Part shown: positions 46,636 through 54,128 of the stretch, piece by piece
Numbering within the stretch: position 1 is the stretch's first letter
Layout: each line of letters opens with the position of its first letter
From: Eubacteriales bacterium
GTDB lineage: Bacteria; Bacillota; Clostridia; Oscillospirales; CAG-272
Assembly: GCA_045605765.1 (NCBI GenBank)
Contig: JAZUQQ010000014.1
Coordinates: forward strand, 4,076 to 68,075
Direction of reading: 5' to 3'
DNA: 64,000 bases
Position numbers and translations under genes: made by a program
Notes under the pieces: model-generated
Database searches by the model: none
Told to the model about the DNA's origin: nothing
The model's input: the letters and a program-made list of their open reading frames with translations, nothing else

Positions 46636-48051
46636 ATGCGTAAAACTAAAATAATATGCACGATAGGACCTGCGTGCAACGACGAAAAAACGCTTACCAA
46701 GATGTGCAAGGAGGGCATGAACGTAGCCCGTCTTAATTTCTCGCACGGAACTCACGAGGAGCACAGAAAAACGATAGAGCTTATAAAAAATGTCAGAGAA
46801 AAGCTCGGTATGCCAATAGCGATAATGCTGGACACCAAAGGTCCGGAATACCGTATCAAGACCTTTGTAAATAAAAAAATAACCCTTTCCGACGGCGATA
46901 GCTTTATCTTCACTACCGATGATATAATCGGAGATAACACTCGCGTTTCTGTCACCTACAAGCATCTTATCGAGGAGCTCAGCGTCGGAGATACGATACT
47001 TGTCAATAACGGACTCGTAAGCTTCGAGGTCGAAAGGCTCGAAGGAACCAGCGCGTACTGTAAGGTTATTCACGGCGGAGATCTGTCCGACCGAAAGAGT
47101 ATGAACTTCCCGAACAAAGTGCTCGATCAGGAATATCTCAGCGAGCAGGACAGATCCGACCTTCTTTTCGGTATTGAAAACGATATCGACTTCGTTGCGG
47201 CGTCTTTCGTATCAAACAAGAGCGATATTGCGGCAATAAGAGAGTTTCTCAACGAAAACGGCGGTAAGGACGTAGATATTATCGCCAAGATCGAAAACCG
47301 CGCAGGTGTTGATAATATCGACGAGATCTGCGATATTGCGGACGGAATAATGGTCGCAAGAGGCGATCTGGGAGTCGAGATACCCTTTGTAGAGGTTCCT
47401 TCCGTTCAGAAATATCTTATAAACAAGTGCAGACTTCTCGGAAAGCGAGTTATCACTGCGACCGAAATGCTCGAATCTATGATAAACAATCCAAGACCGA
47501 CGAGAGCGGAAATATCAGACGTTGCGAACGCGGTTTACGACGGTTCTTCGGCGATAATGCTTTCGGGAGAAACTGCGGCGGGAAAGTATCCTGTCGATGC
47601 GGTCCGCAATATGGCGGAGATCGCGGAATTCACCGAAAAACGTATTGATTACAGACATTGGTTTCTGTCCACCGAGTTCAGAATCAGAAACAACCTTGAT
47701 GCTATATCTCACGCGACCTGTGCGATGGCGATCGATGTGAATGCCAAGGCAATGGTAATAAGCACCAAGAGCGGACAGACCGCCCGTATGGTCAGTAGAT
47801 TCCGTTCGCCTGTTGATATAATCGGCATGACGACCGAAGAGAAGGCGTGGCGAAAGCTCAACCTCAGCTGGGGAGTAACTCCGGTCATGAGCGAGGAGTT
47901 CAGCTCGATAGAAGTCATATTCTATCAGGCAATGGTTCAGGCAAAGAAGGTGCTTGGACTCTCAAAAGGAGATAACGTGGTCCTCACAGGCGGTCAAATA
48001 AACGGCAAACCGGGGAATACCAACATTATCAAGGTGGAAGTTGTTAAATAA
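46636..48051 (+). CDS. pyk: Pyruvate kinase
   Basis: MRKTKIICTIGPA, MVARGDLGVEIP and TATEMLESM. 471 aa with no PEP-utilizer extension. Confidence 0.95.
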   Translation: MRKTKIICTIGPACNDEKTLTKMCKEGMNVARLNFSHGTHEEHRKTIELIKNVREKLGMPIAIMLDTKGPEYRIKTFVNKKITLSDGDSFIFTTDDIIGDNTRVSVTYKHLIEELSVGDTILVNNGLVSFEVERLEGTSAYCKVIHGGDLSDRKSMNFPNKVLDQEYLSEQDRSDLLFGIENDIDFVAASFVSNKSDIAAIREFLNENGGKDVDIIAKIENRAGVDNIDEICDIADGIMVARGDLGVEIPFVEVPSVQKYLINKCRLLGKRVITATEMLESMINNPRPTRAEISDVANAVYDGSSAIMLSGETAAGKYPVDAVRNMAEIAEFTEKRIDYRHWFLSTEFRIRNNLDAISHATCAMAIDVNAKAMVISTKSGQTARMVSRFRSPVDIIGMTTEEKAWRKLNLSWGVTPVMSEEFSSIEVIFYQAMVQAKKVLGLSKGDNVVLTGGQINGKPGNTNIIKVEVVK

Positions 48052-48052
48052 T

Positions 48053-48088
48053 AAAATACCGCAAGGATAAATTCCTTGCGGTATTTTT
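48053..48088. terminator. Bidirectional rho-independent terminator
   Basis: AAAATACCGCAAGGA..TCCTTGCGGTATTTTT. Confidence 0.8.
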
Positions 48089-49049
48089 AACTGTCAAGTG
48101 TCTCAAAAATCATATTCCATACCTTCTCGTCCTGTGCAGTCATACGATGCCAATCGAAGCGTTTTTTGAAATGCTCCTTTGCCTCGTCTGTATCGAGCAA
48201 GTTTTCACTCATCGCCTTCTGATAGGTCTCAAAGAAAGAGTCCTTGTAGCGTACCGAATCCTCGGTATAGTTCGGATTGTGCGCTTTCGAGTGTACCTTC
48301 ACGAATTTTATATTTTCGCGGTCTGAAAGAGCCTTCTCCATAACATCGAAGTGACGTTCACATTTTACTATCGTATCGTCGTCTGAATGTATAACGAGGA
48401 CCTTAGCAGAGGTCTTTGAGAGTGCCGTGATAGCATCCGACGAAGCGTATTTGGAGTTTTGAGAGAGTTCTTTTTTGTAAAGCTTTTTGCCGATTGGCGA
48501 GAGAAAACCGCTAAAAGATTGTCTGAGCAGAGCTTCCAGCGAAACAGGACCCGAAAGTGCGACTATATGCTTTATATTCCTCTGGAAATTCGAGATATTA
48601 AGCGTGGAATACGCTCCCCAACTATGACCGACTATTGAAATATCGTAGGAACGGTATTTTTTGTCGGCGCGTAGGGTATTTATCGCGTCGTCAAGGTCGA
48701 TGAGCGAATGGACGAAGCCGCCCGTCGTCTCTCCGCCCGATTCCATACAACCGGTGTGGTCGTATGAAAAAACGAGAAATCCGTGACGCGCGAGAAGCTC
48801 TATTTCCTTCATATATCCGCGATGACCCGAGCCCATACCGTGCTCAAACATTACGATGCGGTTTTCCTTGTATCCGTCGTAGAAGTAAAAATATCCTTGA
48901 AGCGTGTGTCCTTTTGAGGATTTGAAGGGATAAGATATTTTACTTAGACCCTCAAAATCATCGCTGGAAAAATAAAATATGCTTCCGTTGTCGTCCGAGC
49001 GGGTGTATATCTTGTCGCGGTACAATTTTTCTATTTTTTTAAAAAACAT
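48087..49049 (-). CDS. Alpha/beta hydrolase
   Basis: GHSWGAYS nucleophile elbow, with HSDDD and H near the C-terminus. 320 aa. Confidence 0.75.
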   Translation of the reverse strand: MFFKKIEKLYRDKIYTRSDDNGSIFYFSSDDFEGLSKISYPFKSSKGHTLQGYFYFYDGYKENRIVMFEHGMGSGHRGYMKEIELLARHGFLVFSYDHTGCMESGGETTGGFVHSLIDLDDAINTLRADKKYRSYDISIVGHSWGAYSTLNISNFQRNIKHIVALSGPVSLEALLRQSFSGFLSPIGKKLYKKELSQNSKYASSDAITALSKTSAKVLVIHSDDDTIVKCERHFDVMEKALSDRENIKFVKVHSKAHNPNYTEDSVRYKDSFFETYQKAMSENLLDTDEAKEHFKKRFDWHRMTAQDEKVWNMIFETLDS

Positions 49050-49078
49050 TTTTCTCCTTGACCGTCTAAGGTCGGCTT

Positions 49079-51283
49079 TTATTTTGCGTAGTGGTTGATA
49101 AGACAGCCATCTGCGAGTATCTCGCGCTCGCCCTCCGAGAGATTTTCAAGGAGAAGCTCGATCTTTTCGACCTTGTTTTCGCTTATAACGTATGCGTCAA
49201 GCTTTTCTTCACCTGAAATTATTGCGCTTCTTGCGCCTTTGATGAATATGTAATCTCCCTTTTCAACTTTCAGCTCACCCTTGTAGGTGAAGGGAAGCAT
49301 ACCCCAGTTGATAAGGTTGGAGCGGTAACGCTTGGTCGCGTATTCGAGTGCGATATTTGCAATTCCGCCGAGAACTCTCTGACAGGACGCCGCCTGCTCT
49401 CTCGCGCTTCCGTCGCCCGGACGAAGAGCGCAGATAGTGCTTCCGATTTGGAGATCGTTTGCGCTGACGGAAGCTCCCTTGATCTCGGACACCTTGTCAA
49501 GGATAGCCTGTGAGGGTGCTTCAAGAGCCTTTTTGGCCTCTCCGACATACTCGGGGTCCTTTCTCGAAAGGGTGAACTGCGCAAGTCTTATAGGATTTGA
49601 GCGGTAGGACGAGGTATCACCCGAGGGAATAAGCTCGTCGGTCGTGGTAACCGGATCGTTTATTATCGAAACTGCCTTGATGAGAAGATCCTCTGCAAGA
49701 GCGGGCATTTCAGGCCAGTCGGTGATGTTCGGTCCAAGAACGAGCTCGGTTTCGGGAATGGGATTTCCGTATCCGTTATAAATTCTGTTGTCGTAAACAC
49801 CGTTATCGAAGCTGTAATCGTAGCTTGTGAATTCTCCCTCGAACTCATCTGCGGGGGTAAGGATACCGCCGTTTGCCGCGGTCGCCGCGATCGAGCGCGA
49901 GTCCATAAGCGCGACTGCCGCGATCTGATTGTCGTTCGGCTTGGAGCCCTCGCGGTTCGGGAAGTTTCTCGTCGAGTGTCTTATCGAAAGTCCGCCGCAC
50001 GCGGGAACGTCGCCTGCACCGAAGCAGGGACCGCAGAATGCGGTTCTGAGAGTTGCGCCTGCAGAAACGAGAGTTTCTGCAACGCCGCATTTCATAAGCT
50101 CAAGCAGAACGGGCTGGCTTGCGGGATAAACCGAAAGCGAGAATGCGCCGTTGCCGGTGCTCTTGTTTTTAAGAATGTCTGCCGCCGCAGTCAGATTGTC
50201 GAACGTACCGCCTGCACAACCTGCGATAACGCCCTGATCGACATGCATCTTGCCGTCGTAGAATTTGCTCCTGAGATCAAGTCGTCCTTCGGGAACACCG
50301 AGCTGCTCGACTGCCGTTTTTTCTACCTCTGCAAGAATTTTCGGAGCGTTTGCGAGGAATTCTCTTATAGTATAAGTGTTGCTGGGGTGGAAGGGAAGAG
50401 CTATCATCGGCTCGACCTTTGCAAGATCGATCTCGACAAGTCCGTCGTAGTATGCGCCGTTCTTCGGTGAGAGCTTTTTATAATCCTGCGGTCTCTTATG
50501 ACGGGTCAGATATTTTTCTGTCTCGCCGTCTGTTTCCCAGATAGAGGAGAGACAGGTCGTCTCGGTGGTCATAACGTCGATGCCGTTACGGAATTCCATA
50601 GGAAGATTTGCGATGCCGTCGCCTACGAATTCGAGTACCTTGTTCTTAACAAAACCCGACTTGAAGGTCGCGCCGATAAGCACGAGAGCAACGTCCTGCG
50701 GACCGACCCCCTTGCGAGGTGCGCCTGTAAGATGTACACAGATTACCTCGGGATATTTTATATCGTAAGTACGGCTAAGAAGCTGTTTTACAAGCTCGGG
50801 ACCGCCCTCTCCGACCGCCATACAACCGATAGCGCCGTATCTGGTATGGCTGTCCGATCCGAGGATCATCTTTCCGCAGCCTGCGAGGTTCTCACGCATA
50901 AAGGAGTGAATGACCGCCTGATGTGCGGGAACGTAGATTCCGCCGTATTTTTTTGCCGCCGAAAGACCGAATACGTGGTCGTCCTCGTTGATCGTGCCGC
51001 CGACCGCGCAAAGCGAGTTGTGGCAGTTGGTGAGAACGTAAGGCAGGGGGAATTTTTTAAGTCCGCTTGCCTTTGCCGTCTGGATAATACCGACGTAGGT
51101 TATATCGTGCGATGCCATTGCGTCGAATTTGATGTTAAGAAAAGAGTCGTTTCCCGATACGTTGTGTGATGTGAGTATCGAGTACGCCATAGTATTTTTG
51201 CGCGCCTCGCCTACGGGAAGCTCGCCCTTGTCCGAGAATTTTCCGTTTTTATAGAAAACGCCGCCTTTTGTAAGTTTTACCAT
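49079..51283 (-). CDS. Aconitase-family hydratase (catalytic and swivel domains fused)
   Basis: GSDSHT, AFCGPCFG and a C-terminal GDGSAREQAA swivel-domain motif. 734 aa. The exact substrate is not assignable. Confidence 0.8.
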   Translation of the reverse strand: MVKLTKGGVFYKNGKFSDKGELPVGEARKNTMAYSILTSHNVSGNDSFLNIKFDAMASHDITYVGIIQTAKASGLKKFPLPYVLTNCHNSLCAVGGTINEDDHVFGLSAAKKYGGIYVPAHQAVIHSFMRENLAGCGKMILGSDSHTRYGAIGCMAVGEGGPELVKQLLSRTYDIKYPEVICVHLTGAPRKGVGPQDVALVLIGATFKSGFVKNKVLEFVGDGIANLPMEFRNGIDVMTTETTCLSSIWETDGETEKYLTRHKRPQDYKKLSPKNGAYYDGLVEIDLAKVEPMIALPFHPSNTYTIREFLANAPKILAEVEKTAVEQLGVPEGRLDLRSKFYDGKMHVDQGVIAGCAGGTFDNLTAAADILKNKSTGNGAFSLSVYPASQPVLLELMKCGVAETLVSAGATLRTAFCGPCFGAGDVPACGGLSIRHSTRNFPNREGSKPNDNQIAAVALMDSRSIAATAANGGILTPADEFEGEFTSYDYSFDNGVYDNRIYNGYGNPIPETELVLGPNITDWPEMPALAEDLLIKAVSIINDPVTTTDELIPSGDTSSYRSNPIRLAQFTLSRKDPEYVGEAKKALEAPSQAILDKVSEIKGASVSANDLQIGSTICALRPGDGSAREQAASCQRVLGGIANIALEYATKRYRSNLINWGMLPFTYKGELKVEKGDYIFIKGARSAIISGEEKLDAYVISENKVEKIELLLENLSEGEREILADGCLINHYAK

Positions 51284-51376
51284 TTTAATTTCAGCCTTTC
51301 GATTTTAAACATAAAATAACTAAGTAATTATATCACGAAGGCTTTTGTCTGTCAAGAGAGTAGGGAGAAAACACTC

Positions 51377-51405
51377 TTGACAAAACACTTAAAACGTGAT
51401 AGAAT
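51377..51405 (+). promoter_or_regulatory. Sigma-A type promoter
   Basis: TTGACA (51377-51382), 17-nt spacer, TAGAAT (51400-51405). Confidence 0.65.
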
Positions 51406-51411
51406 GTTTTT

Positions 51412-51574
51412 GCCAAACGAACCGAATAATCCCCACTGTAAGTGTGTATTTTTATTTTGATAAAAATACACGCTCATTTCTGCATACTTGTGGTGTAGGG
51501 AAGTGGTTTGTTTGGCGACAATCGGAGCGACGTATTTTTTGTGCGCTGACTTCGGTTGGCGCACTTTTTATTTT
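51412..51574 (+). promoter_or_regulatory. Structured 5' leader with intrinsic terminator (candidate riboswitch, attenuator or small RNA, class unknown)
   Basis: A 12-bp closing helix GCCAAACGAACC (51412-51423) / GGTTTGTTTGGC (51505-51516). An internal 11-bp hairpin at 51444-51471. Terminator GTGCGC..GCGCAC plus a T-run at 51541-51574. Confidence 0.5.
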
Positions 51575-51598
51575 ATATTTTTATTTACGGAGGTAAAA

Positions 51599-52975
51599 AT
51601 GAAAAACACAAAACTCAGAGTAGTCTCGCTGATCATGGTACTGGTTACGGTGCTTCTGTGTATATTCACGGGATGCTCGGAAAGCAAAGAAAGCGAAGGC
51701 GGACTGAAAACGTATCAGGAATATGACGAGGACGGCAAGCTGATAAAGGAAACTCATTATTACATAAATAGTGATCTTGTACATCTGGTTTTAGATTATA
51801 ACAAGAACGAAAAGCCTATTAAAGCATCAATTTACGATTATCGTGAGCCGAATGAAGTCGTAGCCTATTTCATGTATGAATATGACGAAAATCAGAAGCT
51901 ATTAAAATCAACTCTTTATAGTACGTGTGATTTTGATTACTATATGGATGATGCAGGAGGAACAAACATTACCGGACCAATTCCTACATCTCCGGGCGTA
52001 ATAATTTATGATTTAGAGGACGGTTCTTTGTCTTTGTCCGAGGGCGGGGTAAAGATTCATAATTCGTTTAGAACTATCAGTAGCGGGGCTATGAGGTATA
52101 GTTCGAGTGCATTCTGTGCTCTTGAAATGTCGCGTAAGCGCGTTAATGAATTTGATGCTGACGGAAAAATAACCAAATTTACATTTTACGACGAGAATGA
52201 TGCCCTTGTTTCCTACACCGAATTTAAATATAACGAGGATGGAAATCCTGTTAAAGTAACGCGCTATAACAAGGATGGAAAACCGGAAACGATTAGTACG
52301 TATAGCGGACAGTCTGACGTTCCGAGTGATGTAGTAATAACGCGTCCGAGCGAAGGAGAAACAACGCTTCCGAGAGTAAAAGTACACAATCAAAAGCCGA
52401 TTAACGTGGTTAAGTTTCTTTTCAATGACGACGGAAACGTCCGTTTTAGTCAAGAAAGAAACGAAAAAGGCGTTGTTATAAAAGAGACCTATTATAACGG
52501 CGATGATACGGTAAACTATTACATCGAATATGAATATGACGAATACGGGGTAATCATCAGAAAAAGTGAGTTCAATGCGGATGGGACCGCGAGAAACTAT
52601 TGTGTGTACGATAATGTATATATTTATCGCGGAGAAGAACCTGTAGGATATGAGTCGGTTACGATGACAAAATATAATTCAGACAACACGGTGGACCATT
52701 ACGTGGTGTATGAGTATGATGAAAATTTATCTTATCCTCTACACCCAATAAGTGAAATCGTTTATAAAGCGGATGGAAAGGTGGATTCTTACGCAGAATA
52801 CAGTGATGAGGATCAAAATTGGAGTAACGGCGGCGAAAGAAAAACCGTTTACGATTCCAACGGAGAGGTAATGTTTTACTATATTATTCAGCAAGATTCT
52901 GATACTCGGATTCAGACAGAAACCAAATACAGTCCCGACGGAAGTGTAATTGAAGTTATAAAAACTATTTATTAA
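51599..52975 (+). CDS. Lipoprotein with YD/beta-hairpin-like repeats
   Basis: SD GGAGG before the ATG at 51599. Lipobox LCIFTGC. Repeated DGKxxKxTxY / YEYDExG units run through the mature protein. Confidence 0.7.
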   Translation: MKNTKLRVVSLIMVLVTVLLCIFTGCSESKESEGGLKTYQEYDEDGKLIKETHYYINSDLVHLVLDYNKNEKPIKASIYDYREPNEVVAYFMYEYDENQKLLKSTLYSTCDFDYYMDDAGGTNITGPIPTSPGVIIYDLEDGSLSLSEGGVKIHNSFRTISSGAMRYSSSAFCALEMSRKRVNEFDADGKITKFTFYDENDALVSYTEFKYNEDGNPVKVTRYNKDGKPETISTYSGQSDVPSDVVITRPSEGETTLPRVKVHNQKPINVVKFLFNDDGNVRFSQERNEKGVVIKETYYNGDDTVNYYIEYEYDEYGVIIRKSEFNADGTARNYCVYDNVYIYRGEEPVGYESVTMTKYNSDNTVDHYVVYEYDENLSYPLHPISEIVYKADGKVDSYAEYSDEDQNWSNGGERKTVYDSNGEVMFYYIIQQDSDTRIQTETKYSPDGSVIEVIKTIY

Positions 52976-53071
52976 ACACTAAAAGGTACGGCGAGCCGTA
53001 CCTTTTTTACTTGACATATAATTCTGTAAATGTTATAATTTCCATATAAATCAAAAGGAAATAAGGAAAAT

Positions 53072-54091
53072 ATGCGTAAATTTACGGCAAAAATAATATC
53101 CCTCGCGATGCTTCTTTCGCTTGCTATGGGAATGCTTCCGTCCTGCACGGACGAAAAGCTCGTGAGCGAGACCTCGTTTGAATGGTTTGACACGGTTACC
53201 ACGATAAGCGCACCGAAGGACGATTTTGAGAAGGTGTGGGAAATATCTTCACAAATGTTTGAAAAATACGACAGGCTTTTCGATATTTACAACGAGTACG
53301 ACGGCATAAACAACCTCTGCACGGTCAATAAAAACTCGGGCAAAACGCCGACTGTCGTTGACAAGGACCTTTTCGAGCTTCTGTCCTATTCAAAAGAAAT
53401 ATACTCCGCGACAAACGGCAAGGTCAATATCGCAATGGGAAGCGTTTTGAAGATATGGCACTCTTATCGCGAGGCGGGACTTGAAAACAGTGAAAGCGCA
53501 GAAATACCGCCGAGCGATCTGCTTTCTGCGGCGGCAGAGCATACCGATATTAACGCTATTGAGTTAAACGAGGAAGATATTTCTGTCTACATAAAGGACG
53601 AAAATATCTCGCTCGACGTTGGCGCCGTTGCAAAGGGCTTTGCGGTCGAAAAGGTCGCGCAGGCACTTGAAGATGCAGGATACAAGAGCGTTTTGATTTC
53701 CGCAGGCGGAAACGTGCGCGCCATCGGAGCAAAGCCGAGCGGCGAAAAATGGAAGGTGGCAATAGCCGATCCAAACGGCGGGAATTCTTATCCCGCGATA
53801 TGCGAAATTTCCCACAACTCTGTGGTAACGAGCGGATCGTATCAACGCTTCTACACGGTGGACGGCAAGAATTATCATCACATAATAGATCCCGAAACAC
53901 TGCTTCCGTCAGAGTATTTTCTGTCGGTTTCGGTATGTGTGAAGGATAGCGGACTTGCAGACGCGCTCTCGACAGCTCTCTTTCTTATGAGCGAGGACGA
54001 GGGAAGAGCTCTTTGCGAAGAGCTTGGTGCAGAGGCGCTCTGGATATACGGTGATTCTAAAATCTCGAAAACCTCGAGATTTCCTAAATAA
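53072..54091 (+). CDS. apbE: FAD:protein FMN transferase (ApbE family) lipoprotein
   Basis: Lipobox MLPSC with ApbE-like GAVAKGFA, SAGGN, SGSYQRF and HHIIDP. Confidence 0.88.
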   Translation: MRKFTAKIISLAMLLSLAMGMLPSCTDEKLVSETSFEWFDTVTTISAPKDDFEKVWEISSQMFEKYDRLFDIYNEYDGINNLCTVNKNSGKTPTVVDKDLFELLSYSKEIYSATNGKVNIAMGSVLKIWHSYREAGLENSESAEIPPSDLLSAAAEHTDINAIELNEEDISVYIKDENISLDVGAVAKGFAVEKVAQALEDAGYKSVLISAGGNVRAIGAKPSGEKWKVAIADPNGGNSYPAICEISHNSVVTSGSYQRFYTVDGKNYHHIIDPETLLPSEYFLSVSVCVKDSGLADALSTALFLMSEDEGRALCEELGAEALWIYGDSKISKTSRFPK

Positions 54092-54093
54092 GC

Positions 54094-54126
54094 AAAAACT
54101 CAGAAGCAAGGCTTCTGAGTTTTTTG
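54094..54126. terminator. Bidirectional rho-independent terminator
   Basis: AAAAACTCAGAAGC AAG GCTTCTGAGTTTTTT. Confidence 0.8.
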
Positions 54127-54128
54127 CC

